Shown here: positions 24,596 through 38,221 of the stretch, in pieces
How positions within the stretch are numbered: position 1 is the stretch's first letter
Layout of the letters: the number at the start of each line of letters is the position of its first letter
Assembly (NCBI GenBank): GCA_950097015.1
Contig: CATNEN010000025.1
Location: forward strand, 434,001-498,000
Direction: 5' to 3'
Origin: Macrostomum hystrix
Taxonomy: Eukaryota > Animalia > Platyhelminthes
DNA length: 64,000 nucleotides
The notes under the pieces: model-generated
Databases searched by the model: none
Told to the model about the DNA's origin: nothing
Seen by the model: only the letters and a program-made list of their open reading frames with translations
Program-made: the position numbers and the translations under genes

Positions 24596-25544
24596 ACTAC
24601 CGTCTCTTAGCTGTGCAATCGTGCCAGGTTTACAATAGCACCCTCATTCATTGGTTCTACTAGCTACTATGCGCACTCTTTCCACAATCACTGAATATCC
24701 GCAACAACGTGCTGCGAAAAGCAAAAAATCTGCCCTATGATAGTGCCAGTTTTCTTTTGGCTTAACTTTCTCTTGGTATTAAAATCAGGTTCTACAGGGC
24801 GTGCCCTACGCGTCTGTAGGTTAACACAAAAACGTGCTAGTTTAAGCATGTGCGTCCTTTCTGGAATTCGCAATTTTTTTTCTTTTTACGAGCCGTAGCT
24901 GTAATAGAGACAAAGCGAGCAGAGAAGACAGGATAAAGGAATAGGAAGGGTGGAGAGGATTAGACTGAATAAGTAAGAGGAATTTAATATTTTCGAGGCA
25001 AAAATTTGCGGAAAAAATTGAGTTTCTCTTTCGAGCCATATTCGAATAAACAAATGTCTGCCCTCTTCGCTGAAGTGGTGAAACAGATTCGCACTAAACA
25101 GCGAATGAATTCCGCAATGGGTCGACAAAAGCTTGCTATTAGTGAATAAACAGACTGAGCCATCCCTTGTTTGTGTTGTCAGCCTAACGACTCGTACCAG
25201 TTGTAATGTCACTGGACTGGTAGCAGCGAATCTTGGCCGAATAAATCACACGGACTGTTTAGAATGAATAGACGATCAGTGACATACCAAAATTGATTAG
25301 GTCCATGCTGCCGCTTGCACAGTTGGGCTGACGCGAAATTTTAAAGGAATTCGTACGGGCCAGTTCGGAACACAAAAAAGCAGCTAGAGCTTGTTGATTT
25401 AAATCAGGGATAGTAGCGCCCAAAACCTCTGCCATCACTTCCCTTATTACATCTCTTTCATAGCGCATTTAACCAGTGTCTTATCTTTTCTGTGTCTCAC
25501 CTCTCATGTATTTAATGTCTTCCGTGCCTCGTTTATCATACATA

Positions 25545-26040
25545 TCTTTACTAATTTCTCATCTCTCCGTCTTATCTCTCCCATGTCTCGTCTCTCCATC
25601 TTATCTCTCCCGTGTCTCATCTCTCCGTCTAACCTCTCCCATGGCTCATCTCTCCGTCTAACCTCTCCCATGGCTCATCTCTCCGTCTAACCTCTCCTAT
25701 GTCTCATCTCTCCGTCTTATCTCTCCCATGTCTCGTCTCTCCGTCTTATCTCTCCCGTGTCTCATCTCTCCGTCTAACCTCTCCCATGGCTCATCTCTCC
25801 GTCTAACCTCTCCCATGTGTCATCTCTCCGTCTCATCTCTCTGTCTCTGACCTCAAATCTCACCTGTCCCATGACCTCAAATCTCACCTGTCCCACCACA
25901 TCTAATGCGACTTGTCCTATGACTTCCAATCTCACCTGTCCCATCACATCTAATGCAACTTGTCCTATGACTTCCAATCTCACCTGTCCCATCACATCTA
26001 ATGCGACTTGTCCAATGACTTTCAATTTCATTTGTCCCAC
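25545..26040. repeat. Two adjacent pyrimidine-rich minisatellites (29-bp, then ~21/42-bp)
   Basis: CATCTCTCCGTCTAACCTCTCCCATGGCT, then CAATCTCACCTGTCCCATCAC-type units. Confidence 0.88.
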
Positions 26041-26764
26041 CGATCTAACCGATTATTTAATTAAATCTAATGCAACCCTTCCATGATTTCCTGTAAACCT
26101 GTCCCATTATTTCCTGCATCAACTATTTCCCGTTGTCAATCCACAAGTCCTAACTAAGTATTGAAGATTAGAAGCACAAGCTACCATGTATGTCTAGGAA
26201 AGATTTCAAGGCAGGCAGACGCTTTCAGAACCATAATCTCGAGGGACCTTCAAGAAATAATCGGATGGTTGCCTGGAAGACTTCCCAATCAGCACGTTTT
26301 ATTGCCGCATAATGTAATGCGAGTAGAACGATAACTCGATCCCCAAAGGGAAGTCTTCAAGAACTGTTGGCCCCATTATCGATAAGACGGCGACTGGTAT
26401 GCGCTGAATAGATAAAGCGAATAGATTTGCATGTATTCCAATGCTAATTTGATTTTAAATTAACATTTAGCAGTTTCAATAGAACATTGGCCTCTGAAAG
26501 CAAGGAAATTCTGGCTATCAAAGCAGCCTGTCATCTGGCAACTGCTTCGCTGCAGGAAAAAAACAGAGGCTGGCGGAAAAAAGATCGTCGAGGATTCGAC
26601 GATAAAGTGAAAACAGGTATAAGTAAAAAATCTTTGAGGTGAAAAAAAGGAAAAGGAAAATAAAAATTTGTGTCAGGACTAACAACACGGCTAGTGTGAG
26701 AAATGAGAAAAGCGGCTTGAGATGAATGGGAAGTTAAAAACTTTATTGAGGTAAAAAACAGTGA

Positions 26765-27790
26765 CTGGGGAATGGGGAATGAGGGTGTGAGGAGAATGGG
26801 GAATGGGGAATGAGGGTGTGAGGAGAATGGGGAATGGGGATTGAGGTGAGGGGAATGGGGAATGGGGATTGAGGTGTGAGGAGAATGGCAATGGGGATTG
26901 AGGTGTGAGGAGAATGGGGAATGGGGATTGAGGTGTGGCGAGAATGAGAATGGGGATTCAGGTGTGAGGAGAATGGCAATGGGGATTGAGGTGTGAGGAG
27001 AATGGGGAATGGGGATTGAGGTGTGAGGAGAATGGCAATGGGGATTGAGGTGTGAGGAGAATGGGGAATGGGGATTGAGGTGTGGCGAGAATGAGAATGG
27101 GGATTCAGGTGTGAGGAGAATGGCAATGGGGATTGAGGTGTGAGGAGAATGGGGAATGGGGATTGAGGTGTGAGGAGAATAGGGAATGGGGATTGAAGCG
27201 TGAGGAGAATAGGGAATGGGGATTGAAGCGTGAGGAGAATAGGGAATGGGGATTGAGGTGTGACGAGAATAGGGAATGGGGATTGAGGTATGAGAAGAAT
27301 AGGTAATGGGGATTGAGGTTTGAGGAGAATAGGGAATGGGGATTGAAGCGTGAGGAGAATAGGGAATGGGGATTGAGGTGTGACGAGAATAGGGAATGGG
27401 GATTGAGGTATGAGAAGAATAGGTAATGGGGATTGAGGTGTGAGGAGAATAGGGAATGGGGATTGAGGTGTGAGGAGAATAGGGAATGGGGATTGAGGTG
27501 TGAGGAGAATAGGGAATGGGGATTGAGGTGTGAGGAGAATAGGGAATGGGGATTGAGGTGTGACGAGAATAGGGAATGGGGATTGAGGTATGAGAAGAAT
27601 AGGGAATGGGGATTGAGGTGTGAGGAGAATGGGGAATGGAGATTAAGGTGCGAGGAGAATGGGAATGGGGATTGAGGAGTGAGAATGGGAATGGGGATTG
27701 AGGTGTTAGGGGAATAGGGAATGGGGATTGAGGTGTGGCGAGAATGAGAATGGGGATTCAGGTGTGAGGAGAGTTGTAAATAGGAATTGA
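26765..27790. repeat. 30-bp purine-rich minisatellite
   Basis: Unit GAGAATAGGGAATGGGGATTGAGGTGTGAG. Confidence 0.95.
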
Positions 27791-28368
27791 GGTGTGGGGA
27801 GAATGGAGATCGAGTTGTGTCGAACTGAAAGTGGGGGCGGGAGTGAGAATCCCAACTTCAGATATCCGTTATGATATGTGAGGATGATTGGGAGAATGCC
27901 AAATTACTAATTCCATATCGTCGAAGGAAACAAAATCATGACATACATTGTTATAAACAGGCGACTAAAGCAAAAATAAATGCACATAAATTTGCACATT
28001 TTGTAGTGTATCTGCTCCTCTTCTGTTCTATGTGTAGTAAACAGATTTGAACATTTTAAACAGATTTCAGTTTAAAGTACAAGCATATGCTAAAGATTCA
28101 CAGGGATTTGTTTCAAAAAGAAGCGATCTTTGTTGAACATAATATATTGCAATACTTTTAAAATATAGTCGAATTTAATGAAGGCTAAAATTATTTCAGC
28201 TTTATGTGGAGTAAATCAAATTTAACAAATCGGAGATGAGAAATCAACTTTCCTAGTGTACTCGTTAAAATGGAGACATCTGATAGTATGTCCGAATTAA
28301 TAATGCTGGTCAATACAAAACATGAGAGGATTTCAAATCGGCCGATAATCAACTGGCCCCGAAATCTG

Positions 28369-28593
28369 TCAGCTGCCCACAGCGCGGTCACGTGACTGCT
28401 TTCGCACATTTTTCGTAGGCGGCAGCAAGGGCGCCACAAGACTATCCCACTGTTGCCTGACACTCTCTGCACTTTTGTCAGCGTCCAGCACAATCACCCG
28501 GTCGGCGACGCTGGTTCGCGACCGCCTGCTGGAGCTGGCACCGGGGGGCGCCAGCCAACTATCGTGCAGCTGGTGCAGGCCGCTCAGCAGTTC
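28369..28593 (-). CDS. dnk: Deoxynucleoside kinase (dNK/TK2 family), last exon
   Basis: ELLSGLHQLHDSWL..RVIVLDADKS..AVGS*; joins in phase 0 to ..KEETKVNL via an AAG| acceptor; not in ORF track. Confidence 0.8.
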   Translation of the reverse strand, partial: ELLSGLHQLHDSWLAPPGASSSRRSRTSVADRVIVLDADKSAESVRQQWDSLVAPLLPPTKNVRKQSRDRAVGS

Positions 28594-28644
28594 CTTGCGG
28601 TGCGAGTTCGGGGTAGCTGAATTACAACCTTGTCAGTGGTATTT

Positions 28645-29420
28645 GGACCCTCACTCCCTATCCAGTGTGACCCTCACTCCCTATCCAGTGTGACCCTCAC
28701 TCCCTATCCAGTGTGACCCTCACTCCCTATCCAGTGTGACCCTGACTCCCTATCCAGTGTGACCCTCACTCCCTATCCAGTGTGACCCTCACTCCCTATC
28801 CAGTGTGACCCTCACTCCCTATCCAGTGTGACCCTCACTCTCTATCCAGTGTGACCCTCACTCCCTATCCAGTGTGACCCTCACTCCCTATCCAGTGTGA
28901 CCCTCACTCCCTATCCAGTGTGACCCTCACTCCCTATCCAGTGTGACCCTCACTCCCTATCCAGTGTGACCCTCACTCCCTATCCAGTGTGACCCTCACT
29001 CTCTATCCAGTGTGACCCTCACTCCCTATCCAGTGTGACCCTCACTCCCTATCCAGTGTGACCCTCACTCCCTATCCAGTGTGACCCTCACTCCCTATCC
29101 AGTGTGACCCTCACTCCCTATCCAGTGTGACCCTCACTCCCTATCCAGTGTGACCCTCACTCCCTATCCAGTGTGACCCTCACTCCCTATCCAGTGTGAC
29201 CCTCACTCCCTATCCAGTGTGACCCGCACTCTCTATCCAGTGTGACCCTCACTCCCTATCCAGTGTGACCCTCACTCCCTATCCAGTGTGACCCTCACTC
29301 CCTATCCAGTGTGACCCTCACTCCCTATCCAGTGTGACCCTCACTCCCTATCCAGTGTGACCCTCACTCCCTATCCAGTGTGACCCTCACTCCCTATCCA
29401 GTGTGACCCTCACTCCCTAT
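28645..29420. repeat. 23-bp minisatellite, ~33 copies (dNK intron)
   Basis: Unit CCTCACTCCCTATCCAGTGTGAC. Confidence 0.97.
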
Positions 29421-29811
29421 CTACCAGCATGGCCTCAATGATGAATCGGCATGCTTTGGGGGATTAGCTAATCCAACGTGGAAAACTACAAACCGGAAAA
29501 AAATCGTAGGCTAAGAAATAAAAGCATAGCCTTCTGCGTACTGTGTTTGAGATTAACATGTGTCTTTATTACTATAGGGTGTAAGCTTCAACAAGCCTCT
29601 TAGTGAATAAAACCAATAACAGAAATCTGATTTCAGCCAGCCAATTAATCATTTAGCAGGTGAGTTATGTAGAAACGAAAATACAATCATTATGACTCAA
29701 AATGGCTAAGATTTCACTAATCTGGCGAACAATAGTCTCATAAATAGTACGTATTATGAACCTAGCATGGCGGTTAACTCTATTTAAAACCAGGCGACCA
29801 GGATATTATTA

Positions 29812-32185
29812 GACAGTAGAAGTAGATTGATATGTGGACAGTAGATAGAAGTAGATTGATATGTGGACAGTAGAAGTAGATTGATATGTAGACAGTAGAA
29901 GTAGATTGATATGTGGACAGTAGAAGTAGATTGATAATTCGACAGTAGAAGTAGATTGATATGTGGACAGTAGAAGTAGATTGATATGTGGACAGTAAAA
30001 GTAGATTGATATGTGGACAGTAGAAGTAGATTGATATGTGGACAGTAGAAGTAGATTGATATGTGGACAGTAGAAGTAGATTGATATGTGGACAGTAGAA
30101 GTAGATTGATATGTAGACAGTAGAAGTAGATTGATAATTAGACAGTAGAAGTAGATTGATATGTGGACAGTAGAAGTAGATTGATAATTAGACAGTAGAA
30201 GTAGATTGATATGTGGACAGTAGAAGTAGATTGATATGTGGACAGTAGAAGTAGATTGATATGTGGACAGTAGAAGTAGATTGATATGTAGACAGTAGAA
30301 GTAGATTGATATGTGGACAGTAGAAGTAGATTGATATGTGGACAGTAGAAGTAGATTGATATGTGGACAGTAGAAGTAGATTGATATGTGGACAGTAGAA
30401 GTAGATTGATATGTGGACAGTAGAAGTAGATTGATAATTAGACAGTAGAAGTAGATTGATATGTGGACAGTAGAAGTAGATTGATATGTAGACAGTAGAA
30501 GTAGATTGATATGTGGACAGTAGAAGTAGATTGATATGTGGACAGTAGAAGTAGATTGATATGTGGACAGTAGAAGTAGATTGATAAGTAGACCGTAGAA
30601 GTAGATTGATATGTGGACAGTAGAAGTAGATTGATATGTAGACAGTAGAAGTAGATTGATATGTGGACAGTAGAAGTAGATTGATATGTAGACAGTAGAA
30701 GTAGATTGATATGTGGACAGTAGAAGTAGATTGATATGTGGACAGTAAAAGTAGATTGATATGTGGACAGTAGAAGTAGATTGATATGTGGACAGTAGAA
30801 GTAGATTGATATGTGGACAGTAGAAGTAGATTGATATGTGGACAGTAGAAGTAGATTGATATGTAGACAGTAGAAGTAGATTGATAATTAGACAGTAGAA
30901 GTAGATTGATATGTGGACAGTAGAAGTAGATTGATAATTAGACAGTAGAAGTAGATTGATATGTGGACAGTAGAAGTAGATTGATATGTGGACAGTAGAA
31001 GTAGATTGATATGTGGACAGTAGAAGTAGATTGATATGTAGACAGTAGAAGTAGATTGATATGTGGACAGTAGAAGTAGATTGATATGTGGACAGTAGAA
31101 GTAGATTGATATGTGGACAGTAGAAGTAGATTGATATGTGGACAGTAGAAGTAGATTGATAATTAGACAGTAGAAGTAGATTGATATGTGGACAGTAGAA
31201 GTAGATTGATATGTAGACAGTAGAAGTAGATTGATATGTGGACAGTAGAAGTAGATTGATATGTGGACAGTAGAAGTAGATTGATATGTGGACAGTAGAA
31301 GTAGATTGATAAGTAGACCGTAGAAGTAGATTGATATGTGGACAGTAGAAGTAGATTGATATGTAGACAGTAGAAGTAGATTGATATGTGGACAGTAGAA
31401 GTAGATTGATATGTAGACAGTAGAAGTAGATTGATATGTGGACAGTAGAAGTAGATTGATATGTGGACAGTAAAAGTAGATTGATATGTGGACAGTAGAA
31501 GTAGATTGATATGTGGACAGTAGAAGTAGATTGATATGTGGACAGTAGAAGTAGATTGATATGTGGACAGTAGAAGTAGATTGATATGTAGACAGTAGAA
31601 GTAGATTGATAATTAGACAGTAGAAGTAGATTGATATGTGGACAGTAGAAGTAGATTGATAATTAGACAGTAGAAGTAGATTGATATGTGGACAGTAGAA
31701 GTAGATTGATATGTGGACAGTAGAAGTAGATTGATATGTGGACAGTAGAAGTAGATTGATATGTAGACAGTAGAAGTAGATTGATATGTGGACAGTAGAA
31801 GTAGATTGATAATTAGACAGTAGAAGTAGATTGATATGTGGACAGTAGAAGTAGATTGATATGTAGACAGTAGAAGTAGATTGATATGTGGACAGTAGAA
31901 GTAGATTGATATGTGGACAGTAGAAGTAGATTGATATGTGGACAGTAGAAGTAGATTGATAAGTAGACCGTAGAAGTAGATTGATATGTGGACAGTAGAA
32001 GTAGATTGATATGTAGACAGTAGAAGTAGATTGATATGTGGACAGTAGAAGTAGATTGATAATTCGACAGTAGAAGTAGATTGATATGTAGACAGTAGAA
32101 GTAGATTGATATGTGGACAGTAGAAGTAGATTGATAAGTAGACCGTAGAAGTAGATTGATAAGTAGACCGTATAAGTAGATTGAT
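29812..32185. repeat. 25-bp satellite, ~95 copies, with higher-order structure
   Basis: Unit GACAGTAGAAGTAGATTGATATGTG. Confidence 0.97.
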
Positions 32186-32850
32186 AAGGTAAAAGTTAAA
32201 ACAGATTCATAAGTTGACAGGTGTAAGTTAGAGGGATTGCAATTCGCAAATTAACACTCACTGTGGTAATTAGCAGACAGCATAAAAAGGTCTTACTAAT
32301 TTTGTTACTAACATATATTATCTATCATTATGTTGCTTCCAATAAACAATTGGCTTCTTGCATCATCTTTTCAATCATGCAAACAGAAGCTTTTTAACAC
32401 TTTGGATAAGTCAAACTCTGATGAGCTTACCTATACTAGTGGGTAATGACTAGAAATTTGAGGTCATATGTAAAGGTAAGTAAAATACCCCGTATTACCT
32501 GTAGAATTACCTGTAGCTGAGCAATCCATCTTGGAGGTTAATTTTCATAACTTATAAACGCTTCGCGTGTGTCCGCCTAGTTTTCCGGCTTAGTCTTGAA
32601 GACTAATAAATCAATAAATATTAAAACGCGCAAATGATTTACAGCTATGCAGTCAGCTTCGTCCATATTGGCGCTAGTCGATAATGACAGGCATTACTGC
32701 AAATTAATCTAATTAAACTTGCACAATTAGCTGATCGCTTCTATTAAATATTTAACGCAAAGCCCATGGGGATGATAGCAAAGCATCGGATTCAGCCACA
32801 GCTAATTCAGCTCAGTCTGCACCTGTTCAGCGCAAACATTAGAAGGTAAG

Positions 32851-32885
32851 CAGGGACTACTAAAACAGTGTTTTAGTAGTCCCTG
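32851..32885. mobile_element. 35-bp palindromic hAT-type mini-element with 8-bp target site duplication
   Basis: AAGGTAAG|CAGGGACTACTAAAAC-AGT-GTTTTAGTAGTCCCTG|AAGGTAAG. Confidence 0.75.
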
Positions 32886-33044
32886 AAGGTAAGCCTCATT
32901 GACACTTTGGGAGACAGACTAGAAAGCTAATTAGAGAAAGGTAGGCCATTAATTAGTTAGCTTTTTGTTAAAGTCTATGAAAGGTTTAGGATATTTTCCA
33001 CTTTTGGGAAGAGAGTTCGGCTCGGTAGCTTTATGGAGAGTATC

Positions 33045-34660
33045 TAGGGGAGTTCGGTTGCTCTAGGGAGAGTATCTAGGGGAGTTCGGTTGCTCTAGGG
33101 AGAGTATCTAGGGGAGTTCGGTTACTCTAGGGAGAGTATCTAGGGGAGTTCGGTTGCTCTAGGGAGAGTATCTAGGGGAGTTCGGTTGCTCTAGGGAGAG
33201 TATCTAGGGGAGTTCGGTTGCTCTAGGGAGAGTATCTAGGGGAGTTCGGTTACTCTAGGGAGAGTATCTAGGGGAGTTCGGTAGCTCTAGGGAGAGTATC
33301 TAGGGGAGTTCGGTTGCTCTAGGGAGAGTATCTAGGGGAGTTCGGTTGCTCTAGGGAGAGTATCTAGGGGAGTTCGGTTGCTCTAGGGAGAGTATCTAGG
33401 GGAGTTCGGTAGCTCTAGGGAGAGTATCTAGGGGAGTTCGGTTGCTCTAGGGAGAGTATCTAGGGGAGTTCGGTTGCTCTAGGAAGAGTATCTAGGGGAG
33501 TTCGGTTGCTCTATGAAGAGTATCTAGGGGAGTTCGGTTGCTCTAGGAAGAGTATCTAGGGGAGTTCGGTTGCTCTAGGGAGAGTATCTAGGGGAGTTCG
33601 GTTGCTCTAGGGAGAGTATCTAGGGGAGTTCGGTTGCTCTAGGGAGAGTATCTAGGAGAGTTCGGTTGCTCTAGGAAGAGTATCTAGGGGAGTTCGGTTG
33701 CTCTAGGAAGAGTATCTAGGGGAGTTCGGTTGCTCTAGGGAGAGTATCTAGGGGAGCTGGGTAGGCTCAATGGAGATTCAATAGGGGAGCTGGGTAGGCT
33801 CAATGGAGAGTCAATAGGGGAGCTGGGTAGGCTCTATGGAGATTCAATAGGGGAGCTGGGTAGGCTCAATGGAGAGTCAATAGGGGGGCTGGGTAGGCTC
33901 AATAAGGAGTCAATAGGGGGGCTGGGTAGGCTCTATGGAGAGTCAATAGGGGAGCTGGGTAGGCTCTAGGGAGATTCAATAGGGGAGCTGGGTAGGCTCT
34001 AGGGAGATTCAATAGGGGAGCTGGGTAGACTCTAGGGAGGGTGAAAAGGGGAGCTGGGTAGGCTCTAGGGAGAGTGAATAGGGGAGCTGGGTAGACTCTA
34101 GGGAGAGTGAATAGGGGAGCTGGGTAGGCTCAATGGAGAGTCAATAGGGGGGCTGGGTAGACTCTAGGGAGAGTGAATAGGGGAGCTGGGTAGGCTCAAT
34201 GGAGAGTCAATAGGGGGGCTGGGTAGACTCTAGGGAGGGTGAAAAGGGGAGCTGGGTAGGCTCTAGGGAGAGTGAATAGGGGAGCTGGGTAGACTCTAGG
34301 GAGAGTGAATAGGGGAGCTGGGTAGGCTCAATGGAGAGTCAATAGGGGGGCTGGGTAGACTCTAGGGAGAGTGAATAGGGGAGCTGGGTAGGCTCAATGG
34401 AGAGTCAATAGGGGGGCTGGGTAGACTCTAGGGAGAGTGAATAGGGGAGCTGGGTAGGCTCAATGGAGAGTCAATAGGGGGGCTGGGTAGACTCTAGGGA
34501 GAGTGAATAGGGGAGCTGGGTAGGCTCAATGGAGAGTCAATAGGGGGGCTGGGTAGACTCTAGGGAGAGTGAATAGGGGAGCTGGGTAGGCTCAATGGAG
34601 AGTCAATAGGGGGGCTGGGTAGGCTCAATAAGGAGTCAATAGGGGGGCTGGGTAGGCTTG
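33045..34660. repeat. Two abutting related minisatellites (32-bp then 33-bp)
   Basis: GGAGAGTATCTAGGGGAGTTCGGTTGCTCTAG to ~33755, then GGGGAGCTGGGTAGGCTCAATGGAGAGTCAATA. Confidence 0.95.
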
Positions 34661-35140
34661 GGTAGGCTATAATGTTCGTGTAACTACGTGTGCATTTTGC
34701 ATCTTGCAAACGCTGGCCCACTCGCCTAATCCTAATCCTAACAATGACCTGAGTCGTGGAATACAAAAGTACATTATTACATTTTCAATTACTATTTTTC
34801 AGTGAACTTTATCATTCGCAGACAGACTCGAGTAAAAGAAGAAGTCGCCAGTCTTAAAGGGCAAAAGGACTAGCCAAGCGAAAATTCTGATTAGCGACGA
34901 AGAAGACGATTCTAACTCCATTTCACTGATTCATGCTCCAACGATTTTGAGCTGCGCACTGCCCCCGAGGAAGCTATTTTCCAAACTAGCAACTCTGAAA
35001 TTTGTGTTTATAAATGAATCGGAAATCTTAAAAAATGATTACAGCTACCACCTATGCACAGCTCTGCCTACTGATCAAGTAGACTTGTGAGCTCATCAAC
35101 TGAAATTAAATTGTTTATTATAAAACTAGGCTTCGCTCAC

Positions 35141-35220
35141 CAGATTAACCTTGGTCTCTTCTTTTCTGTCGCGTTGACGCACCCGCTGAAGGCAGACACT
35201 GGGGCTGGACCGAAGGTAAA
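35141..35220 (-). CDS. dnk: Deoxynucleoside kinase, internal exon (lid region)
   Basis: ATAG| (V)YLRSSPSVCLQRVRQRDRKEETKVNL |GTGAGC; phase 1 to phase 0. Confidence 0.85.
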
Positions 35221-35327
35221 CTATGGAATGAGCAAGATGCAAATCTGAGTGGACAGCGCATAGGATAATGTATCTGCCAAGACTTTTCCAAGCTTTTTAG
35301 TAGTACAGATATGGTACAGAGGACCCG

Positions 35328-38150
35328 TACCACCCACTCCAGGGCATCTGTAATACCCACTCCAAGGCATCTGTAATACCCACTCCAAGGCATCTGTAAT
35401 ACCCACTCCAAGGCATCTGTAATACCCACTCCAAGGCATCTGTAATACCCACTCCAGGGCATCTGTACTGCCCACTCCAGGGCATCTGTACTGCCCACTC
35501 CAGGGCATCTGTACTGCCCACTCCAGGGCATCTGTACTGCCCACTCCAGGGCATCTGTAATACCCACTCCAGGGCATCTGTAATACCCATTCCAAGGCAT
35601 CTGTAATACCCACTCCAGGGCATCTGTACTGCCCACTCCAGGGCATCTGTACTGCCCACTCCAGGGCATCTGTACTGCCCACTCCAGGGCATCTGTAATA
35701 CCCACTCCAGGGCATCTGTACTGCCCACTCCAGGGCATCTGTACTGCCCACTCCAGGGCATCTGTACTACCCACTCCAAGGCATCTGTAATACCCACTCC
35801 AGGGCATCTGTACTGCCCACTCCAGGGCATCTGTACTACCCACTCCAAGGCATCTGTACTGCCCACTCCACGGCATCTGTACTACCCACTCCAAGGCATC
35901 TGTACTGCCCACTCCAGGGCATCTGTAATACCCACTCCAGGGCATCTGTAATACCCACTCCAGGGCATCTGTACTGCCCACTCCAGGGCATCTGTACTGC
36001 CCACTCCAGGGCATCTGTACTACCCACTCCAAGGCATCTGTAATACCCACTCCAGGGCATCTGTACTGCCCACTCCAGGGCATCTGTAATACCCACTCCA
36101 GGGCATCTGTACTGCCCACTCCAGGGCATCTGTAATACCCACTCCAGGGCATCTGTAATACCCACTCCAAGGCATCTGTACTGCCCACTCCAGGGCATCT
36201 GTAATACCCACTCCAGGGCATCTGTACTGCCCACTCCAGGGCATCTGTACCACCCACTCCAGGGCATCTGTAATACCCACTCCAGGGCATCTGTAATACC
36301 CACTCCAGGGCATCTGTACCACCCACTCCAAGGCATCTGTAATACCCACTCCAGGGCATCTGTACTGCCCACTCCAGGGCATCTGTACTACCCACTCCAG
36401 GGCATCTGTACTGCCCACTCCAGGGCATCTGTACTGCCCACTCCAGGGCATCTGTACCACCCACTCCAGGGCATCTGTAATACCCACTCCAGGGCATCTG
36501 TAATACCCACTCCAGGGCATCTGTACCACCCACTCCAAGGCATCTGTAATACCCACTCCAAGGCATCTGTACTGCCCACTCCAGGGCATCTGTAATACCC
36601 ACTCCAGGGCATCTGTACTGCCCACTCCAGGGCATCTGTACTGCCCACTCCAGGGCATCTGTACTACCCACTCCAAGGCATCTGTAATACCCACTCCAGG
36701 GCATCTGTACTGCCCACTCCAGGGCATCTGTAATACCCACTCCAGGGCATCTGTACTGCCCACTCCAGGGCATCTGTAATACCCACTCCAGGGCATCTGT
36801 AATACCCACTCCAAGGCATCTGTACTGCCCACTCCAAGGCATCTGTACTACCAACTCCACGGCATCTGGACTGCCCACTCCAGGGCATCTGTAATACCCA
36901 CTCCAGGGCATCTGTACTACCCACTCCAAGGCATCTGTAATACCCACTCCAGGGCATCTGTACTGCCCACTCCAGGGCATCTGTACTGCCCACTCCAGGG
37001 CATCTGTACTACCCACTCCAGGGCATCTGTAATACCCACTCCAGGGCATCTGTACTGCCCACTCCAGGGCATCTGTAATACCCACTCCAGGGCATCTGTA
37101 CCACCCACTCCAAGGCATCTGTAATATCCACTCCAGGGCATCTGTACCACCCACTCCAAGGCATCTGTAATACCCACTCCAGGGCATCTGTACTGCCTAC
37201 TCCAGGGCATCTGTACTGCCCACTCCAGGGCATCTGTACTACCCACTCCAAGGCATCTGTAATATCCACTCCAGGGCATCTGTAATACCCACTCCAGGGC
37301 ATCTGTACTGCCCACTCCAGGGCATCTGTACTGCCCACTACAGGGCATCTGTACTGCCCACTCCAGGGCATCTGTACTACCCACTCCAGGGCATCTGTAC
37401 TACCCACTCCAGGGCATCTGTACTGCCCACTCCAGGGCATCTGTACTGCCCACTCCAGGGCATCTGTACTGCCCACTCCAGGGCATCTGTACTACCCACT
37501 CCAAGGCATCTGTACTACCCACTCCAAGGCATCTGTACTGCCCACTCCAAGGCATCTGTACTGCCCACTCCAAGGCATCTGTACTACCAACTCCACGGCA
37601 TCTGGACTGCCCACTCCAGGGCATCTGTAATACCCACTCCAGGGCATCTGTACTACCCACTCCAAGGCATCTGTAATACCCACTCCAGGGCATCTGTACT
37701 ACCCACTCCAAGGCATCTGTAATACCCACTCCAGGGCATCTGTACTGCCCACTCCAGGGCATCTGTACTGCCCACTCCAGGGCATCTGTACTACCCACTC
37801 CAGGGCATCTGTACTGCCCACTCTAAGGCATCTGTAATATCCACTCCAGGGCATCTGTAATACCCACTCCAGGGCATCTGTACTGCCCACTCCAAGGCAT
37901 CTGTACTGCCCACTCCAAGGCATCTGTACTGCCCACTCCACGGCATCTGGACTGCCCACTCCAAGGCATCTGTACTGCCCACTCCAAGGCATCTGTACTG
38001 CCCACTCCACGGCATCTGTACTGCCCACTCCACGGCATCTGGACTGCCCACTCCAAGGCATCTGTACTGCCCACTCCAAGGCATCTGTACTGCCCACTCC
38101 ACGGCATCTGTACTGCCCACTCCACGGCATCTGGACTGCCCACTCCAAGT
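35328..38150. repeat. 23-bp minisatellite, ~120 copies (dNK intron)
   Basis: Unit CCCACTCCAGGGCATCTGTACTG with variable positions. Confidence 0.98.
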
Positions 38151-38221
38151 CCTGTGTACCAGCCCATGTTCTCGGTAATTTCCTTAGTCGTAACTAATAC
38201 CACTAAAAGCTATGAGCTCAC

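Noticed and set aside
32640-32700. MPVIID motif as a possible dNK C-terminal exon
   Set aside because: Immediate stop codon; the exon at 28369-28593 supplies the LH..HD.WL and VIVLDAD motifs properly.
34726-34742. (CCTAAT)3 telomere-like run
   Set aside because: Too short and not the TTAGGG unit.
28645-38150. CRISPR-like regular repeats
   Set aside because: Units are head-to-tail with no unique spacers, there are no cas genes, and the context is eukaryotic.
35145-38203. 680-aa and overlapping MPWSG..DALEW ORFs
   Set aside because: Translation of a stop-free 23-bp minisatellite that lies inside a phase-consistent dNK intron.
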